A stretch of 64,000 nucleotides of DNA from Octopus vulgaris (Eukaryota). The position numbers were made by a program, and so were the translations under genes. Shown here piece after piece: positions 32,635-48,571 of the stretch. The notes below the pieces were generated by a model that worked only from the letters and a program-made list of their open reading frames with translations, was not told the DNA's origin and made no database searches. Where the stretch lies: positions 67,332,001-67,396,000 of the forward strand of contig OX597830.1 in assembly GCA_951406725.2 (NCBI GenBank), written 5' to 3'. Position 1 is the stretch's first letter. Every line of letters starts with the position of its first letter.

Positions 32635-32726
32635 ACTACGATCGTCTCATGGCTGTACGAATTCGAATAACAATAATTTAAATTCAATTAATAATTCAAA
32701 TTATGGTTACAGTCAATCTTCAGGTT
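32635..32726 (-). ncRNA. Degenerate hammerhead with a long AT-rich loop II
   Basis: CTGAAGA-ttgactgta..(~50 nt)..tacagccat-GAGA-CGATCG-TA-gt; palindromic ACGATCGT; A14 mutated. Confidence 0.45.
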
Positions 32727-33652
32727 AATTGAAATATTTTAAAAATAATCAGAAATATTTAAACAATATTTTAAAGATATAAATAATATAATAATTTTAC
32801 TTAAAATAATCTCTATTTTCAAACTAGAAACTTAAAACTTAACGATTATGATTACATCAAAATCGATTATAATGTTAAATATTAATTTTAATTTTTAAGG
32901 TACGAAACCAACCAATAATCTTATATCGGTAATAGTCTATACCTAATTACAAAAATATTTTTTTTTAAATGACTATTATATATATATAAATTATCAATGA
33001 AAATATATAAATGTATATAAATATAATAATTAAGATCTAAAATAATCTCTATAAATAAATATATATTATGCACATATAATAAAGACCTAATAAATTAATT
33101 TTTCATATTTAAAGATGAAATAGCTAATTTCAAAAATACAAACAAACAAACTTAAACGAACTTTCGGAAATCTTATATTTAAAATACTTACTGAAATAAT
33201 CAATTCGTAGTTATATAGAATCGAATAAATACTATAAAATCTATAAATATATTTATCAATGGGAATAAAACTAGCAAATGTTAAATATTAATTTTAATAT
33301 TTAAGTATTAATTTTTAAGGTAAGAAACCCACCAATAATCTAATATCAGTAATAGTCAATATCTAATTTAGCCCTAGGAAGCATCAACGCTTCCTAGGGC
33401 TAAATAGCGGTAATGTGATTTCCTTTATGGGATACCATCACTGCTTATATCTCTCTGAGATATTTAGAAATTTAATATTTCTATTTTTTGTGATCAGTGG
33501 ATTTATTTCACTGGAATTATATGTGTTTACAAGGTCTAGACAGGTATCTGCAGCTAGCAAATCATGCTACTCCAGGTTTTTGTTGTTTTTTGAGAGAAGC
33601 TAATCGAAGATGCGTGCAAAGCCGACGTTTGGTGGTAAAAGAAAAATTAGAA

Positions 33653-34990
33653 ATGAAGAGCTACGCGGAAGCGACAGCGGAAGACTCGGAAAAAGAGAAA
33701 TTAAGAAGCCTAACACCGAAGTCATTGAACTGGGACCCTGAAAAGATGAAGAGATACATGAGCAAAGTAGAAAGAGAAGCAACGAATGTGAAGCTTATAA
33801 TGTCGGAGGAGAAAACGAAAATGTTAAGGAATTCAACAATAGTATACAGAACATTCTCCAACGAATCCAGGAGGATCGAAATAGCACCTGAATTTCAAAT
33901 AGAAGCAATGGTATAGTACTGTATGGATAGAGTGGTTTTTATAAATAGAGGAAGCCAATACGGCAAGGTAAATGTTATATTTGAAAATGTGGAGGCGGCA
34001 AAGAGGAACGACCAAGTGATAGAAGGAAATAGGTGGACTCTCATACCCGACAAACCAGGAAAATGTTAGTGAAAATTAGAGTTGGAAGAATCCCACCCAT
34101 AATAGAGCCTGAATGGGTAATAGTGGGAATCTTCAGAGAGTATTTGAAGAGAGGAAATACAAAGTTGAACGTACTAACAGTGAGCAAAACAATGCTTGAA
34201 TTTTGGGGGTTATGAAATTGAATTACCGACCGGTGAAAAGTTAGATATTGTGCTGCAGGGAAGACCCCCAAAATGCTACTTGTGTGGCATGAGGGGGCAT
34301 ATGCGAAGGAAATGCCCGAATACAGAAGTAGAGAAAAGGTTGGAAACAACGGTGGAAGAAAAAGCAGCCGACGAAGTGAAGAGGGGGAACAATAATAGAA
34401 CGAATATGGTGAAGAGCAGGAAGAGAGAACGTAAAAAGTCACCAACTTTAAAAGAAACGAAAAAAGTAAAGGAATAGCAGAGAATATAACATATCAGAAC
34501 GGTAACACAGAAGAACCCACTATAGAAGAGATAGAGAGAGCGATGGAACTGCAAAACGAAGACAAAACAGAGCGAGAAAATCTAGAGTTCTTTAAGCTCA
34601 AAGATAAAGAAGAACAGATGGAAGAGAAGTATTTGAAAAACTCACCAACTTCAAAAGAAACGGAAACGGATAGAGGAATGGCAGAGAATATTAATTAGAA
34701 TGGTAACACTGAGGAACCAACTATAGAAGAGATATTGAGAGCGATGGAACAGCAAAACGAAGAAGTATATCGCGAGGAAATCTAAAGTTGTTTAAGCTCA
34801 AAGATAAAGAAGAACAGATAGAAGAGACGTATTTGCAGCCGGGAGAAATTACAGATACACAAACGGAGGAAGATGTGAACGAAGCGGTAGACTCGAGAAG
34901 GAGAACACAAGAAAAGAAAGAGAACGAGAGGAAGAAGAAATGTCGGGTAAAGAATAAATGTGGTGAAAAAATGCAGACGGTAATATAATT
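33653..34990 (+). pseudogene. Gag/ORF1-like protein with a CX2CX4HX4C zinc knuckle and E/K-rich tail; frameshifted
   Basis: MKSYAEA.., VKIRVGRIP, GRPPKCYLCGMRGHMRRKC. Confidence 0.75.
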
Positions 34991-35412
34991 ACGAGCGTAA
35001 TGCAATTAATGTTTCAAAAGAACTGTGAATTGAACTGCAAATGAACTGAGAATTGAACTTGTGTTTTGTGAACTTGTGGAAAAAAGAAAAAATGTAGTAC
35101 TTGGAAAAAAAAGATAAAATAGAAAAGGAAAATAGAAAGACTAATGTGAACAATTAATGATACATTTTTTACGATAATGATACGAAGACCATTGTGGTTT
35201 CGCTTCACAGTGAGACACGATGGTATCGAGAATTAATGTGAAAAGTTCAGAGTTCGTCTCGCAGCGGAAGTAAGTCGAAGCGTCTCATTCTCATTATTTG
35301 TTAATCATTCCATCAATCATACATCATTTGTGTTATGTTCCCGTTTGTCTTGTTATGTCCCCTCTATATAATCAAGCCATTGTGCCTATAATAAAGAAAG
35401 AAGCCATGCTAC

Positions 35413-35454
35413 TCCAGACTGATGACGAGCAAGACTCAGAAACATGTCTCTGGA
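35413..35454 (+). ncRNA. Type I hammerhead with canonical core
   Basis: TCCAGA-CTGATGA-cGAG caaga CTCa-GAAA-CATG-TC-TCTGGA; stem I extendable (agcc..tgc / gca..ggct). Confidence 0.8.
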
Positions 35455-36481
35455 TGCAGGCTTGGCTGGAGGGGGTGCTTGTCTCCCCCACGTAAACATA
35501 AGGACACAGGAAATGTGTCCAGACCGACAGGAAGCGTTGATGCTTCCCGGGGCTAAATAGCGGTGGTGTGATTCCCTTTATGGGACTGTCGCGTTAAGTT
35601 GGCAATATACAGCTGCTCTATCGTACCACCACTGCTTATATCTCTGAGATATTTAGAAATTTAAAAGTTCTCTATGTTATCGTCCTGTTTCTTATTACAG
35701 CGCGCTCTCGCTCTGGAAGAGACAGCTTTACATTTGACCCCTCCCTCTTGATCAAACTTCCACATTTCTTCATCAGTCCCGAATCGGGAAAGAATACATT
35801 CTGCTTCAGTACCCTCGGGTCAACACACGTTCGACCCTCTGTTCATTCAGTATAACTTTTCATTTTCTCAACGACTCACAACCACCAAACGAATAGTGGC
35901 TTTTCACAAAAAGGACCGCTGCAAAGCAGCACACAAAAGCACAACCGTTCACGCCAAATCTTTCAGCAGAAATGAAACACGTACCAAAAAAGGAGAAATT
36001 CCGAATGACTTTTATGTCGACCACAAGGACGAAACACAGAGGGACAATACAAAATGAAATGCGGGGTCTACGTAAGCGAATGGTATTTACGTAATGAATT
36101 TGAAAATTTTACGGAAATATATCGAATGAGGAGACGAACAAAGCAAAGTACTGATGGAGTGGGGGAACGGTTATGACCCCGCAGAACGCGTTCCTCCACT
36201 GAAACCATTTTTGTTAACCTTTTATGGACACACTCATGTAGGATCTTTCATTCCCAACACGCATACCACTTGCTTCCATCTTTTCTCATAAGTGTCCGAT
36301 GTTCATGAAGTTGGTTTCTCTGTGTACACAACCAGAATATCCCATTTGATACTTATCAACCATAGACCGGAAACACAGTTTATCCAACCCTACCTGGTAC
36401 ATATATTTTCAAGTACCCGAGTCTATGTGAATCCTTATTTTCCCTTTGTCTTAATTTTCTCTTGGATTTTACTCTGTCTCC

Positions 36482-36518
36482 TGTATCTGAAAAAGACCTT
36501 TGCTTGAAACGTAAAACA
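36482..36518 (+). ncRNA. Degenerate hammerhead in a PLE-terminus fragment
   Basis: tgtat-CTGAAAA-agacc ttt gctt-GAAAC-GT-A-aaaca, about 95 nt before (TA)n. Confidence 0.4.
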
Positions 36519-36624
36519 CCCTTTCTTTCCTTCCTTCTGTGAGCGTCTTATTAACAATTTGCATGTACCATGTTGTTGTTTTTCTTAACTTTTTTGCCCG
36601 TTTTTTATCAATTATATATATATA

Positions 36625-36682
<58 letters not shown>

Positions 36683-36756
36683 CACACACTCACATACGAA
36701 CATACAGACACACACATATATATATATATATATGTATGTATGTATGTATATATATG

Positions 36757-36788
<32 letters not shown>

Positions 36789-36862
36789 TGTATGTATGTA
36801 TGCATGTATATATGTATGAGAATAGAATCATTTTTAAGGTATCAATTGCTTCTGTTAAGTTT

Positions 36863-37189
36863 AATTTCTCCACCTTTTCTGCTGGTTGCTATCATTTATA
36901 CTGGTAGACCAAGCTATTATTCTTCAGACTGGTAGAGCTATCTGCAATTTTTGAAATAGGTAGAACTCTATTTTATCTCTTTTTGGTAGATCCAGCAACT
37001 AAATTCTATATATTTACTGCAGGCTTCCATTTTGTTATATTATTACAGTCAGTGTAGTGGTTTTCATGTTAATATCACTGGGGACAATTTTTAATATTAG
37101 AAAAAAACAGCTTCTATATATCATATTATTAGAGATGGAAAGAATCATCGTATTATATGTCAAACCAGTAGAACCAGTTTCTAATTTAC

Positions 37190-37227
<38 letters not shown>

Positions 37228-37572
37228 GTATGAATGTATGTATGTATGTATATATGTATGTATATATGTATGTATATGTGTATGTATGTATGTATGTATG
37301 TATCTATCTATCTATATATATATATATATATGTAAAGATTTATATATGTATGTATGTATATATATACATGTATGTATGTATATATATACATGAAAACACA
37401 AACATAAAACACAACAACGTGAGGACGTGGAACATGTAGAGTATTATTGGACGCCCAGGAAAGAAGGAGGGTCTAACGTTTCGAGCGGAGCTCTTCGTCA
37501 AAACCATAGGAAAAGGAAAGATCCAAAGAAGGGAAGACGGAGGGAAAAAAATCTCCAACGGTACATACGCGG

Positions 37573-37604
<32 letters not shown>

Positions 37605-37878
37605 CATATACATATGGTATAATTATAAACAGGGTAAATTTTAGGCATTTCTCCACAGATTGAAAAAAAAGATAATGAACAACCTTAATTGATTTTCAAC
37701 CCTTGTTGCGTTCTCATGAGAGATATCCACATCATTCTGACAGTGTCCAGCGAAACAAGCAGCCAAACTGTTTCTATACTCAACAAATGCTGCGGTTACT
37801 CTATGTAAGGATCTCTAATTTGCATACCGAAAGTATTTGACACTATAAGTACCAGTGGCCAGTCAGAGGGGAGGTATG

Positions 37879-37937
<59 letters not shown>

Positions 37938-37970
37938 CATACATAATACACACAATCACATATGCACACA

Positions 37971-38046
<76 letters not shown>

Positions 38047-39470
38047 AGTGTGTGTGTTTCACCGATCACAGGACTTTCGGCTTCATGGAAGAGACTGAAT
38101 GTTGATCTCGGAATCTTGGACAACATGGAGGAGATTACATGGGATCAAGATGATTGGCGATATGCACAACTGGATGCTTCACCCAGTTTCCCTCCTTTTC
38201 AAGACACTCACCACCACCCGTAACCTACCTAACACCAATTCTTCCATGCCACTGTTTTTCTACCCAGAATCATTTCACAATTTATCCACCCTTCATACTT
38301 CCTTACTGTTCTCCCCACCCATACTTTCAATCCTCGCCCCTTCCCCCAACCCTTCCGTACCTCCAATTTATCTCCCCTCACCCACCACCACACCACTCCC
38401 TTTTCCCATACACTGTGCATTCCTCTTTCTCTCCCCCATCCACTCCTCCAACCTACCCAACAGCGTGTCATCTCTCTCACTCTTCCTTCTCCTTTTTACA
38501 GTATCACCATTTCTTTTCTGTGGTTCTGCATTAAAAGATATCCCCTACTCCCCACTCATCCTACCCACGTCGTACCGTCAATGTTCACCCTGACACCTCA
38601 TCACACCGATCTTTTTTTTAACTCTCCTGCTCCAACTGATCACCTCCATCCTCTCTTCTAAAATACGAAAGGTCATCTTACACCTTTATAACAGCAAACT
38701 CCTGCTGCTCCGACCCTTTTCTCTCATACTTTACTCCTTTCTACTCCTTCTCCTCGCTTAAACTTGCTCCACCTTGGTGTTTATAATCTTGTAAGAAACA
38801 TGGTAACCCCACTTGTGCTGATGGAATGAAAATTACACACAGATTATGTTGAAATGTGGTAAGCATTAGAAGGGTATTATGGTGTATTAAACATGCCAAA
38901 GCACACAGGAGCACGATTCCAGCCCGGAACAGGATGACTTTGACGATGATGTTGATGTTCATAATGGGGAGAAGGGGGATACAGTATACCACTGTATCGA
39001 CCAGATTATTAAATGCTGCTATACTTCGCTACGGACTGGTCACAGTGAGCTCTTTCTTGATTGCATGATTCTTGTCTATTTTGACCCCAATTTTTGAACT
39101 AAATCATGTTCCCATAGTCATAGAGGCCTTCTGTGTGGCCCTGTCCAGTCTGTCGGATATCACTCAGCAGCTGTGTTGGATGGGTGCATCGCCAACAAGG
39201 GACGATGGTCAAATGCGTTGCTATGATTTAGGAGAAATAAACAAGCAACAAAAATATCACTGAGAGAGAAAGAGAGAGAGAGAAATACAATTTTCACTAT
39301 AAGTGGGTGCGGGGGAGATAGAGAAATGTTATAATATCGGAATTTCAACGTTTCGTAAAAAGTGGACTGTTTTTTGCAGGGAAAAAACATAAAAAGGAAT
39401 TAGTTCAACTTACATGAAGACAATTTACCGAGTGTTCTATCGGTATAAACGTCTTCAGCAGCATGTTTCC

Positions 39471-39505
<35 letters not shown>
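36863..39505 (+). repeat. Segmental duplication, copy 2
   Basis: 36863-36882 equals window nt 1-20, then jumps to nt 546; colinear to the (TA)n at 39472. Confidence 0.95.
37469..37506 (-). ncRNA. Degenerate hammerhead (duplicate of 1229-1266)
   Basis: ggttt-TGACGA-aGAGC tcc GCTC-GAAACGTT-agacc. Confidence 0.5.
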
Positions 39506-39508
<3 letters not shown>

Positions 39509-39543
39509 GAGTGAGTGGACAAACAAAAGGAGTTACATATATC

Positions 39544-39693
39544 AATCAGAACAGTTTGATTCAAATTCGTTGGTACTTTTGAGTTTCAAACGCGATGCTA
39601 GTCGTCAGCCATTTTGAATTTGAGTTCAAATTCAAAATGGATAACGACTTGCATCGCGCTTAAATCACAACGAATTTGAATCAAACTGTTTTG

Positions 39694-39696
<3 letters not shown>
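39544..39696. mobile_element. Palindromic MITE-like element (~153 bp)
   Basis: AATCAGAACAGTTTGATTCAAATTCGTTG...CAACGAATTTGAATCAAACTGTTTTGATT, with inner arms also complementary. Confidence 0.75.
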
Positions 39697-39756
<60 letters not shown>

Positions 39757-40389
39757 TACATATTGTTCGGGATTATGCGTTTGTTTTGGGGTTTGTGTAT
39801 GTATGCGTACGTGCCTATATGCATATGTACACGTGTATATTTCCTTAGGTGGATAGATAAATCATTTGTTTGACCGCACATTACAGGTTGACGCTCCACC
39901 TACCAACCTCACCAATGACACATCTCAAGCCACGTCTGGTTCCTGGTAGTTTAGTATCCCTAAAATATGATGCACTTAATTGCTCCTTATCCATAACCCT
40001 ACTGCGCCTTTGTGATCCGATGTAGCTCTTGTCTTGTTCCTCGCCTCTTCTCTAATTTCGTCAGAGAATTCTACTGACATCCTTTTCTATCGGTCTTTTG
40101 ATGACTCTAACTCCTTCCTTATACCAATGCTTTCCTTCTTGTCATTATTTATAATACTAAGTCACTGTGGGTGCCCACCCCATCTCACTCTCCAAACTCA
40201 TATTAGTTCACATACATTTCCTGAAAATTTAAATACGCTGCTAGCTTGTGGTTTCTTGCTGTTTCAACTTTCTGTCTCTTAGGTCGATCACACTTACCAT
40301 ATTTAAGAATCAATACAAAAATTGTTTTACGCATCAAGAATATGTCGAATACTGATTTGAAAACTTTCTGTAGTCCTATGCAAAATCAA

Positions 40390-42150
40390 TGGGCACTATA
40401 AGCTGAGAAAGAATGGACCTCGTCTCAAACACCTCTTCATGGCTGATTTAAAACTTTTCGCAAACAGCAGAGTCTGAAAAGGAGGGGCTGGTGTTGAGGC
40501 TGTGCAAATGTGCAACATGGATATAGGGACGGAAGTAGGTATCTCGAAGTTTTCGGTGCTTATTTTGAAGCGAGGGAAAGAGTAAATTGTAGGACTATAG
40601 GAGGGCCAAACGGAGAGAGAATGAAAGACCCGGATGATGATGGGTACAAGTAATTTGGGATCCTGGAGCTGAACAATATATTGCACAAAAAAATGAAGAA
40701 CAAGTTCGTCGCAGCATATTTGATGAAAATAAGAGAAATAATTTGTCAATCCTTAATGAATGTAATAGAAAATCAACACTACTAATTAACAAGAAAACAA
40801 GAAAAATACTCAATGAATACAAAATTGCAGAACAAGGTAGGCCTGAGTTAAAAGAACAGCTGAAGCAAAATATCCTTACCAAAGCACAAAGAATCCGCCA
40901 GTATGAGAAACGTCAACATTTCTCTGAACAAAAGAAAGAATTCAACTCTAACCCCAAAAGATTCTACCAAGAACTTGGCAAAAATAACTTAGAGATCAAT
41001 GCAGCACCACCAGCAGAAATGGAAGAATTTGGGAAAGAAATATGGTCGTCGATGGAACTACCTCAGAAAATGTCTTTTAAAATAAAAAAAACAGCACCTG
41101 AACAACTCTGGACCCTATAATAACTGAAGAGGTCACACAGGCACTGAAAAACCTAAGCAACTGGAAGGCACCTGGGCACAAGATCCTTAAGTCCTGGTTA
41201 AAATACCTGCCAAGAAAACATAAAAGGCTGGCTGAGAAATTTAATGAAATACTAGCAAAGCCAGAGACAATGACTGAATGGCTCACGGAAGGGAAAACTA
41301 TCCTAATTCCCAAATCCTCTGAAACGGCAAACCCACGAAATTACAAAAAGAATACTTGTCTCTCTGCATCTTACAAAGCCTTTACTTCAATAATATCACA
41401 GCGAATGGGTAAGCGTATCGAAGAAAATAGCCTTTGCTTCCAGAAGAGCAGAAGGGATGCTGTAAGGGTTGTAAAGATCAGCTACTTATCACTAAAGCCA
41501 TAACTGAAAACAGTCGCAGAAAGAAGAGAGGGTCTAATTATGGCCAGGGTAAGAGTCGTAGTATCTAACAGGTATGAGGAAAAAGAAGAAAAAACAAACG
41601 ATGTAAAATAACTGAAATCCAAACTAAAACTGGAACAGCAACGGATCATGATAACATGATGGCAAGGAAAGCCCCTTCATGGCAAATATTGGGTTAAACT
41701 AAACTCAAAATAAACAAAGCAAAATCCCAACAATGGCTGAGAAGCTCGGGACTCAGAGTAGAGACTAAAGGATTTTTATTTTCAACACAAGACCAAATCT
41801 TCCTCAATACACACAGGTAGAGAAATTAAGGCTATCAGGTCGGGTATAGTTGCTAGAAATCATCAATAAAAAAAATGCTTTCTACTTGATATATCAATAC
41901 CAACAGATGACAAAGTTTTTCTAAAATAGAGAAACTATCAAAATGCATGAATCTGGAAGTAGAGGTAACACGAATGTGGAATCTAAAAACAGAAACGAAT
42001 AATTCGTATCACAGTAGGTATGATAAAAAGTATTCAGAAAAAGGCGTAAGAAAAGTACTAGGACTTACAAGTAAATATAAACATAGAAAATAGCACAAAT
42101 ATGAAAATAAGAGGACCACAACAAACCGCAGCACATACCCAAGGTGCTCA
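40390..42150 (+). mobile_element. Decayed R4/Dong-like RLE-type non-LTR element
   Basis: NWKAPG, WLTEGKTILIPK, GCKDQLLI, PLHGKY, WLRSSGLRVET..QDQ, DISIP..EK; many frameshifts. Confidence 0.7.
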
Positions 42151-42174
42151 GAGCTATGCTCGGTAGTGCAGTGA

Positions 42175-42615
42175 CAACATGAGATAAAAATAAGCGGTTG
42201 AGCAGGGACTTCACCTGTGCTTGTTTTCAATGAGTCATTACTGAGAGCATGAGGCCTTCGGGCCATTTGACATTGGCGAAGTTGAAATTACGCATAAGAA
42301 ATATGCTCACGTGGTGTTCCAGTTGCATGAGGATTTCATTAATTCTTGTGAGGCGATCTTCACACTTGCCTATGTGGTTTGGAGCCTCCGGTGGGCAATA
42401 TGTATTACATATGACTGTATTGTGTTGCTTTATGTATACAATTAGAATGGCACATACTGAATTTGAATATGACAGTAAGACCTTGGGTTTGAGGTCATTA
42501 CGGATGTATACAGCAACTCTATGGTTCCTTTCCCTTCTGTCTGTTCGCAGTATGATATATTTTGGTACGTGTACTTCTGCATCCTGTATTTCAGGGCTGA
42601 GGTGAGTTTCCACGA
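42175..42615 (-). mobile_element. APE endonuclease fragment of a CR1/L2-type LINE
   Basis: ETHLSPEIQDAEV, RTDR, VAVYI, YCPP, MRNFN. Confidence 0.75.
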
Positions 42616-42647
42616 GTGCTATGCTTAGGGCTTGATTGCATGCAGCA

Positions 42648-42694
<47 letters not shown>

Positions 42695-42701
42695 CTCCCT
42701 C

Positions 42702-42769
<68 letters not shown>

Positions 42770-42906
42770 TTTTAAATCGAATTTATAACTATGTATTCCT
42801 ATGTAAAACAAAGTTGATTGCCGAATTTGAGATATTTTAAAATTCTTATCTTTTGTCTTTGGTTCGACCCGAATACTTCTTAAGCAGTTGTATATATTTT
42901 GTAAGA

Positions 42907-43547
<641 letters not shown>

Positions 43548-44700
43548 CGGCATAACAGGAAAAGTAGGTGAGTGGATACATGACTTCCTGAAGGACAGAA
43601 GCCAGATGGTTGCAGCCAATGGAGCCCTCTCGGGAAAGACACCAATAGCAAGCGGGGTGCCACAGGGCACAGTCTTGGGACCCTTGCTGTTTTTGGTGGC
43701 GCTCTCTGACATGCCCTTGGTAGCACAAACAACATCCCTCACTAGCTATGCTGATGACACAAAGGTAGCACAGGCAATCAAAAACCCAGCTGATGCTGAC
43801 CTTTTACAACAAGATCTGGATGCCATATACAAATGGGCTGAAGACAACAACATGCAATTTAATGCTGGTAAATTTCAAGCCTTACAATATCAAGCTGTAA
43901 ACACATATACATTACAACACAACTATACTGGTCCAGGAGGGATCGAAATCCCAGTATCGAAATCAATACGGGACCTGGGGATAGACATGAGTGACGATGC
44001 ATCTTTTTCTTCACACATCGCGAAGGTGGCGACAATGTGCAGACGACTCACTGGCTGGATCCTGAGGACATTCCGGACAAGAGACTGCGAGACCATGTTG
44101 ACACTATGGAGGACATTTGTCCTAAGCCGCCTGGACTACTGCTCCCAACTGTGGTCACCGCATAGTGTCAAACTAACCACAGAGCTTGAGACAATCCAAA
44201 GACATTTCACCAAGAGGATTTCCACCATGAAAGAAAAGAACGATTGGGAGAGGCTTAGGGAACTCAATTTGTACTCCTTGGAACGAAGACGAGAGAGATA
44301 TGCAGTGATATTTTGGAATTGAGAGCTGTTCCAATCCCCGTACAGGACGTCACTGTGTGGTGCCAAAGGTCCCGTCTTCCACATCCAGGGTAAGGAGCAG
44401 ATACTGTAATAGCCTGGGGTTCAGGGGCCCTCAGCTGTTCAACAAACTGCCAAGAAAACTAAGAGATCTACATGATGCGGATGTGGACATTTTCAAAAAA
44501 CATCTAGACAAGCTGCTTTCCGGGATCCCAGATGAACCCACTGCAAGGTACGAAGCTAACCTAAGGGCAGCAGCTACAAACTCTCTCTTAGATCAGTGGC
44601 CAGCCACGGCAAACTGGACTTAGAAAGGGTAGCAACAAGGGCGGTGCCCCAGCATGGCCTCAGCTGGATGGCTGAAACAAGTGAAAGAGTAAAAGAGTAA
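43548..44700 (+). mobile_element. CR1/L2-type LINE family C (related to B), 5'-truncated, (AAAGAGTA)n tail
   Basis: [33 protein letters not shown]; small internal deletion near 44320. Confidence 0.9.
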
Positions 44701-46167
<1,467 letters not shown>

Positions 46168-46224
46168 TTAATTTTACTCTGCTATGTATTGATACCTTAC
46201 TTACTGTGGTTAACCCCGAATCAA

Positions 46225-46458
<234 letters not shown>

Positions 46459-46477
46459 TATACATATATATATATAC

Positions 46478-46571
<94 letters not shown>

Positions 46572-46634
46572 TTATATATACATATATATATACATATATA
46601 TATACATATATATATATATATACATATATATATA

Positions 46635-48215
46635 ATTTTAATCCAAACGGGAAACAAAAAAACAACAACAAGGGAACAATTACAGTATTATTATTAATAG
46701 GCGCTCAGGAAATGGAAGCAGGGAGGTATGACGTTTCGAGCGGAGCTCTTCGTCGGAAACATAAAGAAGGAAGAGAGAGGAAAGAAAGATCCCGGAGCGG
46801 GCAACGGAGATAGAGAAAAAAACGGCTGGTGTTAGGAGTAGCACATGGTGAAAGGCGGATGTTTACGATAACAAGAGCAAAGTGGGTTTTTAAAGGCAAA
46901 AGAGTGGAGACAAGGTTGGTAACGCAACAGATGTGTGTGTATGTGTGAGTGTGTGCGTGTGCGTGTGTGTATGTGTGTGTGTGAGGCGAGGTAAAAAAAC
47001 AAAAAATATATGTATGTGTTAGTGTGTGCGTCTGTGTGTAGGCGTGTGAGGTAGGGCGAGACGGTGGTCAGCATAGCAGCAGCATAGCAGACAAAGGTCA
47101 GTAGTGAGAGAAGGGAGGAAGGAGGAAGGGAGGGAGGGGAAGGGGTGGGGGCGTATGTAGCGTGCCAGCGTGTGTTGAGTAGTAGTGTGTGTGTGTGTCC
47201 AGTGTCGTGGTAGTATTAGTGGCGAGTAGATTGAATGTGTGTAAGAGTGATGTATATGTTTAAGCAATGTGTGTATATGTGTGCGCGTGTGTGTAACGAA
47301 AAAAAGGGGGGGGGTTTAGGAAAAGGACTCCAGCGGAGGGGAAGATGGAAGAGTGGTCCCGCGGAGACGGGCGTGGGAAAACCCAACGACAAGCGACATC
47401 CCAGGAACGGGCGGGAGGTCTCGTCGGGTCCAAGGGCGAGGTGCATGCGGGCGCATGCGTGCGCGAACCGGCGCAAACGCGTGTGTGCGCGAGCCTTCGA
47501 GTGTGCGCGTACGTATGTGTGCGTGTGGATGTGTGAGTGTGTCTGTGTGTATGTCTGGGTGGCAGTGTGTCCGATGAATGTATGTGAGTATGTGTGTATA
47601 TATGTGTGTGCATAGATGTATGTCCGTGTGTGTGTGTGTGTGTGTATGTGTGTATGAGTGTGTATGTATGTACGTGTGGGTGTGGGGAAGTGTGTGTATG
47701 TGCATGTGTGTGCGCGAACATACAGGTGTGTGAGTGAGTGCGTGTGTGTGTATGTATGTGTGAGTGTGTATGTATGTGTGTGTAGGATGCATGTATGTGT
47801 ATGGGTGTATGTATGCGTGTGTGTATGTATGTATGTGTACGTGCGTGTGTGTGTGTGTATGCGTGTAGGTGTGCGCGTGTGCATGCGTGCATGTATGTGC
47901 GTATGTGTGTGTGTGTGCATGTGTGTGGGTATATATGTGTGTGCGTATATGTGTGTGTATGTGCGTACATGTGTGTGTGTGTGCATGTGTGTGTGTAGGT
48001 GTGTAGGCGTGTGTGTATAGGTGTATGTATGTAAGTATGTATGGGTGTGTCCGTGTATGTGTGTATGTATGTGTGTGTATGTAGCTGTGTGGGCGTGTGT
48101 ATATGTGTGTGTATGTAGGTGTGTAGGCGTGTGTATATAGGTGTATGTATGTATGTCTGGGTGTGTCCGTGCATGTTTGTGTGTGTGTGTGTGTGCATGT
48201 GTATGTAGGTGTGTG
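46635..48215 (-). mobile_element. Non-coding PLE-derived 3' region with degenerate HHR (46725-46763) and GT-rich body
   Basis: CCGACGA-aGAGC tcc GCTC-GAAAC-GT-C; terminus similar to 1150-1335. Confidence 0.55.
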
Positions 48216-48351
<136 letters not shown>

Positions 48352-48402
48352 TATATACATATATATACATATATATATACATATATATACATATATATAT
48401 AC

Positions 48403-48465
<63 letters not shown>

Positions 48466-48472
48466 TATATAC

Positions 48473-48568
<96 letters not shown>

Positions 48569-48571
<3 letters not shown>

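Larger units (their letters stand above)
33366..35663 (+). mobile_element. Element with terminal direct repeats (33389-33475 / 35544-35663), a 5' fold-back and a 3' hammerhead
   Basis: Shared gcttcc..gggctaaatagcggt..gagatatttagaaattta; 17-bp inverted repeat at 33366-33405. Confidence 0.6.
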
